64,000 bases of DNA from the human T2T-CHM13v2.0 reference genome, Homo sapiens. Of the stretch, positions 17,190 through 29,680 are shown one piece after another. The notes beneath the pieces are model-generated. The model saw only the letters and a program-made list of their open reading frames with translations, made no database searches and had not been told where the DNA came from. The translations under genes were made by a program, and so were the position numbers. The DNA lies in NCBI RefSeq assembly GCF_009914755.1, contig NC_060932.1; one strand, written 5' to 3'. Position 1 is the stretch's first letter. Every line of letters begins with the position of its first letter.

Positions 17190-18950
17190 TACTACACATC
17201 AAATACTGCCACCTTTTCCAGCTCCATGCAGTCAAGTAGGACCAAATTTCTTATACTGGTCAATGGGTTATGAGTAGAATGATGTACACCACTTCTAGGA
17301 GTGAGTGAGAGTTCTCATGTATACATTTCCCCCACCATGATAGCTTTCAAAATGATAGAACTTTCCTGAGTCTGAATTTGTGGAGTAGAGATCTTCTGTT
17401 GCCCTATACCTCATCTCCCTGCCAACAAAGCATTGAACCACTAGCCTGAGAAATTAAACTTCATTGTATCAAGCCTCTGAGATCTTTGGGTTTATTTATT
17501 ATTGAAGCACAGCCTATCATGTCCTGGAAGTGAAGTGCTGAATTAAAAAATAAATTGTGTAGTGTTGACCTGGTGGTTGGCAACACATGGTTAGGAAGCT
17601 GATATCAAAGGTGGGAAACAGCAATTTGTGTTGTGCAGTCATAAAACATTTGGCAAAATGGTCACCTGCAATAACTTAGAAGTAAGTTATTCCAATATAT
17701 TCCAATATATGGAATCGGCCTAAGTGTAAGTGTTTTTAAAAGTAGTATATATACACAATGGAATACTATTTACCTGTAACAAAGAATGAAATCCTGACAT
17801 TTGTGGCAACATAGATAAACCTGAAGGACATTATGTTAAGTGACATAAGTCAGATAGAGAAAGAAAAATATCTCATGGTCTCAGTCATCTGTGGAATCTA
17901 AAGTGTTGTTGTCATAGAAGTAGAAAGTAGAATAGTGGTTACCACAGGATGGAGAGGGCAGGACAGAGGGAGGGTAATGAGATACTGGCCACAGATACAA
18001 AATTACTGTTAGAGAGGATGAATAAGTTCTGGTGTTCCACTGCTATAGCAGAATGACTAGGGTTAACAGTAATGTACTGTATATTTCAAAATAGCTAGAA
18101 AAGAGGTTATTGAATGTTCTCATCACAAAGGAAAAAGTAAATGTTTAAGGTGATAAATGTACTAATTACCCTAATTTTGTCATTACACAATGAATATACG
18201 TATCAAAACATCATATTGTACCCCATAAATGTATACAACTATTATGTGTCAATCATACAAAAAGATTGTGTACTTAATTCACATTTTTAGTGAGAAGTGG
18301 GTAAAGACCAAAGTGTCGGTAGTGTGTCTTGGTTATTACTTGCTGCTTTTGCAAGATAATAAACAAAGAAAAGCCTGGTTATTAAAGTGCAAATAAAGAA
18401 GAACAAATATTTCCATAATTCCAAGGTCTTGCCATGTTGGAAAAGCCAATACATTTTGCTCCCAAAAGAAAGAGGTAAAATTAAGTAAGCATTTGAGGCA
18501 AAGTCTGTTAAAACTAAATATTTATGCCAAGAATAAGATTAAGGGTGTGACCTTCATGTCTACTTAAAATCTCTCAGTGGTTTAGAATGTCTCAAAGAAG
18601 AGATCAGGTAAATGATCTGGCCTTACTACTTACTACTCCAGAGAGACTCACATACATTATGAAAGATATAGAAGTGAAAAAGCAAATAAATATAGCAGAT
18701 CTAAGCTCTGTGCCTCTAAAGACCTATGGTGTGGCTACTGGAATAGGGAATTGATTAAGTCAGATGGAAGTTGCGCCTCTAAGGTCTTCAGACAGTTATA
18801 CTTCCAAGGAAACTATGAGATTGGACTAAAAAAAAAGTCTGTGGAGCCTTACAGAATTAAAATAAGCCTTGGACTTCCAATCATCTATGGGAAGAAAGTA
18901 GGCCCAAAACTAGCACATCCCCCAGGAATGTGTTTCAAAATATTGTAAAG
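17190..18950 (+). mobile_element. Old MLT1-type LTR plus internal sequence, interrupted by an L1MA
   Basis: AAATTAAACTTCATTGTATCAAGCCTCTGAGAT LTR end; AAAACATTTGGCAAAATGGTCACCTGCAATAACTT internal motif. Boundaries approximate. Confidence 0.5.
17745..18262 (+). mobile_element. L1MA 3' end
   Basis: ATACACAATGGAATACTATT..AAGAATGAAATCCTG..GGACATTATGTTAAGTGA..TATTTCAAAATAGCTAGAA..TACCCCATAAAT. Confidence 0.85.
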
Positions 18951-21468
18951 AATGCCTTATCCTGTTTGTAAATACTTATTTGCAACTGCCTTACTTGGGA
19001 AATTGGCTAGATGTGAACTTAATTTGATTTTACACTTTTTAATGTCATTGCAAAGGAAACTGGGCTACTTTGATAAGCATATAGGTCCTTTGCACAGAAC
19101 AGATTAGAATATAATCATTCAGGAAGTTCCTTTCCTTCACTTACCCTGATTGACATTGTGCTGATGTTTTGCACACTCTGCTTGACCTCCATTTCAGCTC
19201 CGCACATGGAAGCTGCCTACATATTTGTTTACCAGGATTCCTCAATGAACCCCTTTGTGCATAAACAGTCAATGACAAGGGTGAAGGCCCGGCCTGCTTA
19301 TAAGCATCTTTTATGCTGCCTGACCTCGCTCCTGGCACGCCCAACTCAGTACTCACTTCTGTACTCCTTTAAAGGGCACTGTTAATGTTGGGTTTGCTGT
19401 GATGTAGGTTTGAGTACAGGGGGAGTGCCTTGTGTGTGTTGACCAGTGACAGGTAAAGACTCTATCCACGTGAGGGTGCACTGAAGTTGAGAGTCCAGGA
19501 ATAATGGGCTTAATACCCAGAGAAATACCTATATTTATGAAGGAGATGTCAGGATGATTTTACAAGGGTGAAACAGCACATTGTTGAACATGTGACTAGC
19601 ATGGATGTTTAAGAGCCAAGAAAATGTGTGAGGAATAAGGTCAAATTGTAGAAGGAAGAATATTCTAGTTAACTGGATCATATTTTGTTTTCCCTGTAGT
19701 TTTTTTTTTTTTTTTTAGCACATAAGACGCTGTCATTAATATTTCTATGATCTAATGTGCAGGCCATTTTTTTTTTAAGTTTGAGTTTGAATTAGTCAGG
19801 ATAGGCTAGGTAATGCTAGAAGAACAAATTAACTCTGCAGCCCCAGTGACTTCCCATAACTGTGGCTTCTTCTTTGTTCACAGTGGGAATGGAAATTTGA
19901 AATGAAGAGGGGGCTAAGTGAGACTGTGTTCTACTTAGTCACCTGGGGACTAAGTAAGGAATTGTCATAGCCCATGGCCAGAGTAAGCTCATGGCCCTGC
20001 CCATATGTAATAGGGCTGGAAAGTGTGGGCAAGCCTCAGGATATTAGATGATCAGCCAATATTTCTGCAATAATCTGCTCCAGTGGTTATCAAAAATATC
20101 TTAGCCCCTATGGAGCCATAGAGCATAGAACTTACCACCCATATATCACACCCAACCCATCTCCAAAAATTCCTTCGCTTGCTGCAACCATTTCTCAATT
20201 TTGAATCTCTAAGTTTTAGATGGTTGTCTTATTGCTACATCATTTCCAGATGTGGATTCTCTCGTTCTGGGAATGTATAAGCTATGTTGTTCCAGGCATA
20301 CTTGTAAGTGCTTGGGAAGCAGTAGTGAACAAACACACAAATTATCTGCCACATGGTACTTACATTCCATCAGAGAGAATGACTAAACAAATAAGTAAAT
20401 ATATAATACTATGTTAGAGTTGGAAGAATTCTGATGACTTTAAAGTCTTTGAAATACATGATAGAAAGATTACTTTAAAATATTTAATAAGTTTTCTAAC
20501 CTTTTAGTAAATGTGAAAACTTTAAGCAAATACAAGTAAGAAAATCAAGTTATCTTGGCAAAAAGAAAATTTACCCATAGTGATCTAACTAATGGGAATG
20601 CTGTATTTGATATCTTGCTTTCCTTCACTTAACACTTTGCAAGTATTTCTTTTTTGGCCTTAAACAGTTTTCAAAAATATGTTTTAATAGCTATAAACAT
20701 TACAGGCTATATAAAAATTAATGCTTTTTTATTTTTTGACAATTTCTATGATCGTAAATGAAATTTATACACATAAATCTTTGCATATCTGAATATATCC
20801 CTAGCATAAGGTACGAGAAGTGAAATTACTGGATCTAAATGCCATGTATATTTATGACACTGGATATACATTGTGAAATAGATTTTTAAAAATGTTATGC
20901 TTTCTCACTATTATTCCAACAATATAAGACATGCATATTTAAAACTTCAGCCCAAACTGCCATATTAAACTGCATATTTTCATTTACTGGCGAGGTTGAT
21001 ATTAAAAAAATGTGTTTATTATGCATCCCCATTTCTTCTATAAATTCTTTGTCATTTAACATTCCTCCTTTTTTTCTAAAAGGCTGTTAGTGTTTCTCTT
21101 ATATGTGATACTTTGTGTATGAAACATCTACTTGCTGCAATTTTTTAAAGTGGTAATTTGTATTTACTTTTTTTATATTCTGACATTCAGGAGTGTTTTT
21201 ATGCACTCAAACTTACCGATCTTTTTCTTTTTTATGTCTTCTATTCCTCTTGTGCTTAGAAAACCTTTCCTATCCTGAGATCGGTAAAATATTTCTGTTC
21301 TTCTAGTTATATTTTTAAATTTTATGTTTTTGATAAAAACATCTATGTGTAATTTATTTTGGTGAAAAGACTTTGATTTGAGTCTTTTCAAATAGTTCAT
21401 TTTCTTAATACCATTTGTTAGTAAAATAATTCCCATAGGTTTGTGATACTTTCTTACCTGTCAAATTT

Positions 21469-21494
21469 ACACACACACACACAGACACACACAT
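21469..21494. repeat. (CA)n microsatellite just upstream of the promoter
   Basis: acacacacacacacagacacacaca. Confidence 0.85.
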
Positions 21495-21709
21495 CTGCTT
21501 TTGCGCTTTCATTAATCCGTTTGAAATATTCTATTTTTAATGTTGTGTGGGGAGTGATGACGCTGGTACTTTTTGTCCCAGATGTTAACAAAATTACAAA
21601 TAATTATTGGTACGTCTCAACGGAACCAGGGAGGGTTGTGGTACGGAGGCATTTAGGACCCAGGGGAAAGCTAGGCTCCGTATAGAAGGACAGAGAATCG
21701 GGCGCACAC

Positions 21710-21878
21710 GCCTCCTACCAAAATCACAGCCCCTTGTGGAGCCCGAGCTCTCATTCACAGCTTTCTAGAGAAATCTGAGCCCGAACCTGCCAGAATAGGG
21801 GATCTCACCCACCCAGTTCAGCAGCGAGGACACCTGCAGAAATACATTCCCAAAGCAAGGCTGGGCGGCCGTGTGAAG
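21710..21878 (+). other. CLVS1: CLVS1 non-coding exon 1 (5'UTR); start approximate
   Basis: Begins ~30 nt after the TATA-like box, contains no ATG, ends at donor AAG|GTATTT (21878/21879). Confidence 0.7.
21817..21837 (+). promoter_or_regulatory. Degenerate canonical RE1/NRSE (REST site)
   Basis: TTCAGCAGCGAGGACACCTGC vs consensus TTCAGCACCnnGGACAGCGCC; correct 2-nt spacer, two core mismatches. Confidence 0.5.
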
Positions 21879-21962
21879 GTATTTGTTACCTTTTTTCTCC
21901 CCTCTGTATTTGCCGAGCCTCCCCGCCTTTCCCCCGCTCTTTCGATGCCATGGCTGCGGCGT

Positions 21963-21990
21963 TTCAGCACTTCGGTATGTGGACAGCTCC
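21963..21990 (+). promoter_or_regulatory. Non-canonical expanded-spacer RE1/NRSE
   Basis: TTCAGCACT-(9 nt)-GGACAGCTCC; both half-sites close to consensus. Confidence 0.6.
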
Positions 21991-24900
21991 CATCTGCAAT
22001 CCCTCTGCACTCCATCCCTCCCGCACCGCACCCCGCTCCCCGCCGCCTCCGCGGTCCATCCTCCTCCCGGCGCCCGCTCAGCCTGCGCCCCCTTACACAT
22101 CAGCACCCCCATCTCCACCATCACCGTCATCATAGCCACCATCACCAGCGCGGTAACTATAGTCACACAACTGTGTCTTGCCACTTAGACAAAGCCCGAG
22201 GTCCGCAGGGCAGAGGGAAAGAGCTCAAGTTGACAGGCATAGGAAGGAAAGTTCAGGTGAACAAACCCCTGAAAACAAAGAGAGACGCCTGTTTGCGAGA
22301 AAGGGAAAGTGAAGGCAGGAGGGAGAGACCCCAGGCACGGGGACAGATGGGGCACTTGCCAGACACCAGCAGTTAGCCAGCTGCCTTTCAGCAGATTAGG
22401 GTCTGTTTAGTTGAGGAAATTAACATGGCCTAGGGCATAATGTGATTCCAGAAAAACAGAAATGTAAGCTCAACCTGTGTTTCTGGTTTTCCAATGGAGA
22501 ATCACCAGGAAGCAGGGTGGGGGTGACCGATGACTCATATTCACCCACACGTCCGTTTCCTTTCCTAAGTGTTTAATGCAGAAACTCCAGAATTAAGTTT
22601 TTTCTTCTTTTTTCACTAAAATGTTTTGTAAAATAGGGACCCTAAAGGTTAACTCTGGCAAGAATAAAAATAAAAATGATGGTAATGATTGTAACTTAAG
22701 AAAGGGGGCTCTCATTCGAATGAACTATTTGTTCCAATGTTTCTTCCTGTCTACTTATTTCATTTCTATTTTCCAATCTTAAACCTCTCTTTGAAGCAAA
22801 GAAGATAGATCCCTTGCCCAAATGGCAAAAGTAGTAATGATATTCAGACCAGATGGCCTTGCTTTGTTTGTCACCAGTCAAGGACTGGCTCAGATTTGGA
22901 AGGCGAGATTTTTGTGTGCTTTCTCAGTAATCAGGTGATAACACCATTTTCCTATAATAGTAAAGGGTAATAGAATGCAAAAATTGAAAAGGCATTTTAT
23001 GTAACTCCATTCTGCCAGGCTCTGCTTTTAGAGTGCTATCATTTTCTATCTCAGCTGAAGGGAAGTTGGAACACCTTTCAAATGTCTGATTAATTTGAAC
23101 CTGAAAGTCTAAGCCCAAGTCATAGTCCCTATTTGATTTAGCCAGGATTATCTGTTTTATAAGAGCTAACAAGCACCAGAAAATAAGTGCCTGAGCCTGT
23201 CATCAATAAAAATGTCTTGCTGGGTGTTCATTTAATTGATTTTTACTGAACAGTAAAGCATTGGGATTTTTTGACAAGTTATTTTCTTATGAAATTAACA
23301 TCTTAATTAAAAACGAGATTATTTAAATGGGAATAATAGGTCACACATGATAAGAAAGTTTAAACCAGAGCACAGAAAAGCTTGATTTTAAAATTGTCGT
23401 TGTGTATTTATTCTGCCTCTTAAAGACATTGCAGCACGTTTCATCTAAACCAGCTTGCTCACCATTAGAGGCATTGTCGAAAATAAAGACAGTCACAAAT
23501 ATGTATCTTGCGGAAGAAGTTCTGAGGAAAATTCATACTTAAGTCTCTTTGAGAATGAGAAATAGTCGCATTGTGTCAAAAGTTAATTACTGCCACTAAT
23601 TATATAGACATAATTCCACCTGCCTCTAAAATTCATTCACTTTTGGATCCCAAGCAAGAAAACTAGTAAAATATGTGGTGAAATGGATTTTATAGAAGAA
23701 AATTTGGTCATCCACATAATGTCCTTGGCTTGGTAATATCCACAGTAACCAAGACCTCTTAAAAGTCCCTGAGAAAGGAGATTCTTAAAACTCCCTTTTC
23801 TGTCTGTAAAGAATGGTTCAGCTCAGAAAATTTTTAAGAGTGTACATATTGCCAATTCTAGCTGCTTCACACCAGAAACGCAGTCCAGGAATCCAGTGCC
23901 TCTAGAGCTTCTGTCTTCCTCTGCTTAATACAATCTCCTGGGGCTGGGGAAATTTTAAAACATGCTGCTTCAGTGAGATTTACAGGCATCTGTCTGTAAG
24001 CAATGACTTTTCTTGACTGAAATGTTATGCTGAGCTTATTAATTTTTATAGAATGATGTATCCTGGCTTCCTTACTTAAATCTTTTCTATTGAGAGCTAT
24101 TTTGCCTTTAAAAAATATTTTCAGTAACAGAAATTACTCATTTTTATAATGGATTTAAAGGTGAAGAGAAAATGTTTTCCAGCCGAGTGTCATCATATAT
24201 TTTTGTAGACATGCTCATAGAAGAGTGCATCATTTTAGAATCATGGAGTAGACAGCTGGAAGGTCTTTCATTTCCCAAAAGGCAAAATCTTGAACTTTTC
24301 AGAATTGGTAGTGTCTGCTCACTTCTGAAGGTTTTACAAAGAGAGGCACTTTATTATCCCTAAGAAGTCTATTCACAACTTGACGTACTCCCTGATAGCA
24401 GAGACTTCCATCCTTAGTAAATGGATCCAGGCTGACTTTGATCTTCTCTACTCTTCCTGTTACACAGTGACTTAGACAGAGGAGGCAGCACAGCAGAATG
24501 AGTATACAAAATATGAAGCTTGACTATATGCAATCAGTCCAGAAATATGTCCTCAACATTGCCAAGAGAGACCTTCTTTTCAACCTTCTCCCAAATATTG
24601 CTTGTTTTGATTATTGTTAATTTTATCCAGATATCACTGGAATAAAGTTGTTTCAAAAGAAGGTCCACAGTGTGAATTTTGACAAGTCTGCAACCTCTAA
24701 CTGATGTATGTCTCTTTATTGAAACTTATGCTTAATTGCCAATCTAAGTTTTTCTTAGTTTAAGGGAAGTTTATATTCTTTTGCTTGATTCTTTATGGAT
24801 TGAAAATGAACTGGCCAAACATCCCCTGCCCCATAAAAAGCTTCCATTTATTGAGATAATAAGTTCATTTTTCTTCCCTAAGTCTGATGCCTCCCATAGC

Positions 24901-25690
24901 CCTTTATTATACCTTCTCAGGTCAGGTTGCCCTAGGCTCTGTCCCTTTATGCACCTGTTCTGTGACAGGGAGTATCAGAGAAAGTTCCCTGTGTGGTAGG
25001 CTAATTTCCTGTGAGCTTTTGTGCTTGATAATTTCTGAGCCAGCAGAAATTTCTCCACATGTGTTTGAGATGATCTGTTCTTGTTTCTAGGATGCTTGTA
25101 GCCAAATCTGTTCCTAAATGTTGTGCAGACCACTGATGACTCCTTTTCTATCTATGCTCCTTAAAATAGTATCAAAGGTCTTAGACAAAGTTCCATATAT
25201 TTGTGTGTCATTTACATAGCTTATTCAATTGTTCATTATTTTATAGTTTTGGAGGAAGTAGGAGAGAAGTTATGGGCCTGGGAATAGCATGTTGTAGGGG
25301 GGCGTGTTAAATTACAGGATCTGTACATAAAAACTTCTTAATATGTGGTCAAATTAAAACAAAATAAACAAAACCCATGAGATCTTTCACTCTTTCCTTT
25401 TTTCTCTTCTTCCCTCCTCCTTTCCCTCCCTCTCTCTAAATTTCCCTGCCTTCCTCTCTTCCTTCTTTTGTGGTTGATATATAGAGCATGCAAACATAGT
25501 GAGAGTAATTAACAGGGTGATCTGATAAACTATTATGAGTGCCATTGCTCCATAGGTAAAGAACACATTGTGGGTACTTTTATGTTCCTCCTGGACAGTG
25601 CATTAGGGCTGTCCACAGACAGCATGAGTTCTAGCCTCAGAGGCAATTAACCTACCTCTCAACCCCTCTGGGTCGTTATAAATCCTCTGG

Positions 25691-25847
25691 ACCAGCTTTT
25701 CTCAAACATTAATTTGCATACAAATTGCCTGGGGATTCTGTTACCTGTTCAGTAGGTCTAAGTGAGTCCTGACATGCTGTGTCACTAACAAGGTCCTGGG
25801 TTCTGCTGCCACTGCTGATGCATGGACCACCCTTTGAGAAGCCAGGG
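25691..25847 (+). mobile_element. MER5A-like hAT MITE
   Basis: TTCTCAAAC...TTCAGTAGGTCT...CTAACAAG...GGACCACCCTTTGAGAA with terminal inverted repeats. Confidence 0.75.
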
Positions 25848-26057
25848 CAAAGAAAAGTTTTTTTTTTTTTAATATTCTCACTTTTACGTCTGACTATTAA
25901 ATAATAAGACCCATTCTAAAATGAAACAAAAACCACTCCATGTTCTGAAGAAATAAGAGCTCAGAAATTCTATTTCTAATTGAGGAGAAAGTTATAAAAA
26001 TAGCCTCTTTCCTCCCACCTCACCCTTAAGCTTGCTGATGTGTTTTACTTTTCCCAG

Positions 26058-26194
26058 GCAGTTTTCTTAGCTGTGATTCCCACTGCTGCCATTGTCTGTG
26101 CAATCACATCCAGAAGAAGGGTCACGGTTACATGGATCTGCTGGGAAAACAATTAGTGGAAAAGGGGGCAAATAGAGTTAATGGCCGTTTTTGG
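26058..26194 (+). other. Candidate alternative exon (137 nt) in CLVS1 intron 1
   Basis: Branch-like GCTGAT (26034), polypyrimidine TTTTACTTTTCCCAG|G acceptor, donor TGG|GTGAGT. Confidence 0.55.
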
Positions 26195-29100
26195 GTGAGT
26201 CCTACCTTTCTTATCTCCTTTAGGTCCTCTTCCTTAAAAAAGAGAATCTATTCTTAGAGAAATACTCTTTCCCTTTGAAGACAGAAGGGTCAAGGTTTTT
26301 GTTTGTTTGTTTGTTTTCCTTTCTCTTCCCATTGATACCCCTAGGAAGCACAACTAATCTGTTTTAAAAATTGGGGTATCAACTGCCAATGACTTCTTAT
26401 GGGGATAGTTGAATAGCCTACGAAACATTCCAGTCTAATATTCTATGACTCAACAATTATTTCCCTATATATTAACTTTGTTTAAGATACATTGAGGTGT
26501 AAGGTAAATGCTACTTCAATTAAAGACTTTTTCTACCAAACACAGTGAGGAGGAACAAAAATCTCATACTTTATAAGTTGGCATTCCCCTCAACTCCTTG
26601 CATTATTTGCCCCAAAGAAAACTGCAAAATGGTTCTAGAATCCTCTGTCACATAGGTCCTTCTTCCCTGAGTTGCAGTCTGTTCTAATTCTGACCTGGCA
26701 TCTATTTTGGTTACAAAAGTTTTCAGTGTCTCTACTCTGATGGAGCTCATTCCAATCTACTTTTAACATTTCTTGAGAGCAGGACCAAATGGGAGCAAAT
26801 GATTGTGTGCTTCTTTGCTGTTTTAAAGGGAGCCAAGGGAGTCTACACAATGAGTATTTATGTGGCAAGAGTTAGTCCTAGGCTAGGACTAAGCTAAAGG
26901 TGGTGAAAGGTGAACTGTGTAGCATGGGCTAAATTCTGGTCACGTTATGCTTTCAGATAATTCAGAGTCTCCTCTCTATCCTTGTAGACTACTCTCCCTG
27001 CCCCTAGTACAGATAGTTTATATCTGTAAGTTGGCTAACATTTAAAGAAAGTCAATGAATTCAGGGTCACTTTTTACCCACAGGTCTGATGTTCCTTAGC
27101 CAGTACTCATGCAGAAGTCCTACAAACCATAATGGCCAATCTGAAAATTCATCCATCAGAAAAAAGACTCCTTCTGGTCAGCACCATGGAACATGTAACC
27201 AACCAGCCTCTGAGATTTAAATATAGGCTAAATAGGCTGTAAGGGAGTGTATTATCTTTCAAGAAAGATTTCAAATAGAGTTACACTTAAAAAGAAATAT
27301 TTTTGGTCACTATGATTTTCAGTTTTGGCTTAGATATATCAGCAGCATCTATTTTTATTTCATTCAGTATAAAAATTTCTTTTGGTATTCCTAGGTAAAA
27401 ATTCATATTCAATTTAAAAATTTGAAGTAAGTTTTTAGCAAGGTAAAGAGCTATAAGGGTTAACCCAATTCAATATATATTAAAAATTTGGAAACAAAAA
27501 TTCACACATACCAATGGATGAGTTAGTTGGTTAGACTTTCTGTACAAAGTGTTGTCACCGGTATTAATTTTTCATCCTTTTCTTATGAAAGAAACCCACA
27601 AAACAAATATGGCTATTGTTTCTTATTTTATATTTGTATTAATTTAAATTTATGTGTACTTAAAAACTGTTCTTTGTATTACTAAGAACACCCAGAAGCC
27701 ATGCAAATTTGAAGTGTTGTTCAGCAGTTATTGATGTTCTTATATTTCAAATAATATTTAGGCTTTACAGATTTTATCTTTCTGATCATGACAACAATAT
27801 TCTATTTCCTCCCCAAATTTGGGCAGTTTTACAACACCCCTTAAATGATGTCCTTTAGGACTGACAGGGTGTGGATGTGTGTCTATTATGTGAGTGTAGT
27901 TGAGTGTGAGGGCACCGGTACTCAGAGTGATGTTAAACAAGGCACCTACTTGGAGAGCAGAGTCTTGGACAAAACGTGGGTAAAGTAGGTTTGAGTGCAA
28001 ATCTTTGTTCTTTCAGCCATATCTAAATCTCAGATTCATCTTTTCATCTAATAGTAATAACCTACCTTTAAGGATTGCTGTGGAAATTAGACTATATAAT
28101 ATCAAAGACCTTGGCATCTAATAAGTACTCCATGAATATTTGTTGGTTTTCCAACTTTAAAACAAGCTCATTATCTGACTTAGCTGTTATGTACCCCGAA
28201 TATTTACCTGGATACAGCATAATTATAATATCAACAAGAATTTACAGTTAAAGTAAAGTAGATCTTTTCCTTTCACAAGCAGTTTTACCAACATTATTTC
28301 ACAGAATTTTACCTCAGCACTTCCCAGGGAATTATCTTTCTTCTGTCTATTGCAGGATCCCTGTAACAAAGAAAAAAGATAATTGATATAAAATGCTTTG
28401 AAATACTACGTACACACATACATATACATATTTTTAGATGAGACATTGCTGATATAATTCTGACCTTTTCCTGATATATTGTATGTGTTTCTGAAGATTA
28501 TAATAAAATAAATAAATGAGAATAATAGATCATAAAATTACCAAATTGATTTCATTTGAATTATCATAGTTTTCTGAAAATATTTTTATGCTTAAACTCT
28601 TTGATTCGTAAGGAATACAGTGTATGTTTGTAGATGTACTTTCCTAATACTAAATTCTGTATGAGGAAATACAAAAGGATTTTTTTCTAATGTAAACTTG
28701 AGATGAAATATACAACTAGAATCTACAGATAACATTATTTTAAATATCATAGTATGGATACTCTTCTTTTCTCCCTCTCATACAAAAATACCATTACCTA
28801 ATTTTCTGGCTCACTGGAAAAGGTGTGGATTGGAGTGAAAGGAGGTATCCTCCACCTTGGCCTTGCCGGAGAATGTTTGTGAATTACTCTCCATGCATTT
28901 GAAATGGTGTCAAATACAGAATCATTTGGGACTAAACCACATTGCAGGGAGATGGCCTCTGAGGCTTACATGAATCTGCCTAAACTGGCCTGTTTGATCA
29001 TCAAGCACATTTCAGTGCTGACACCATGCTTGGCATTCTGCTAGGCATGGCAATCAATCCTTCAAAGAGAATGACAAGATCTGTTATCTTTGATCTGTCA

Positions 29101-29409
29101 TTTCTGCCAAAGGAAAATACCTAAAGGAAGAGCAAAAATTAGTGAATGCTGGAAAAGGCAGAGACAGCTAGATTTTGAACAGCACCAGTCATCTTCCAAT
29201 GAAGGAAGGAGGAAAAGATGGCAACTGGACATCTGTAAGGCAGAGTATTAGGCCACCCAAGAATATCTGTTCATCCACTGGTATATTTAGGCTCATAGAA
29301 TGGTAAGTTTGAAAGGAATTTTAGGGAACCAGAGTGAGGTTCTGAAACTTGCAGATGGTCACATAGGTCTTAAATCATAAATAATAAAATCTCTCTGCTA
29401 CACATAAGA

Positions 29410-29680
29410 GACAGGGCAGCATAACAGTAAAGAGCATGGGTTCAGAGAAAGATTAGTTTTGGCTGAATCCAGTTTCTGCCTCTTAGTGTCTGTGTAATTT
29501 GGGGCAATCATTTAACCTCTCTGTGCCTTAGTTTCCTCATTTGAAAAATGAGGACAATAATATACTCATTTCATACAGTTGTTCTGAGGATTAAATACTG
29601 TAGTCTATAAAAAGAGAATCTGCAAATGCCTAGAACATAATAAATACCTATAATAAATAATAAGCACTATTATTATTAAT
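29410..29680 (+). mobile_element. MIR SINE
   Basis: GGGCAATCATTTAACCTCTCTGTGCCTTAGTTTCCTCATTTGAAAAATGAGG core. Confidence 0.85.

Larger units (their letters stand above)
21600..22210 (+). promoter_or_regulatory. CLVS1: CpG-rich CLVS1 promoter / small CpG island
   Basis: Sharp rise in GC and CpG density in an AT-rich background; TATA-like TATAGAAG at 21681-21688; GC-box-like GGGCGG at 21863 and CCCCGCC runs; donor site downstream. Confidence 0.8.

Noticed and set aside
17688-17710. Small tandem repeats (TATTCCAATA x2 here; similar ones near 20954, 36027, 44192, 60110)
   Set aside because: Ordinary slippage duplications; no array structure.
22153-22166. RFX X-box-like GTAACTATAGTCAC
   Set aside because: Mismatch in the conserved RRNAAC half; too weak without binding data.
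22331-22350. RE1-like CCAGGCACGGGGACAGATGG
   Set aside because: Half-site spacing is 1 nt short and the left half is poor.
21765-22376. Overlapping 100-167 aa ORFs, including a His-rich one
   Set aside because: By-products of the GC-rich promoter and the CAC/CAT low-complexity tract; mostly non-ATG starts and no recognisable domain.
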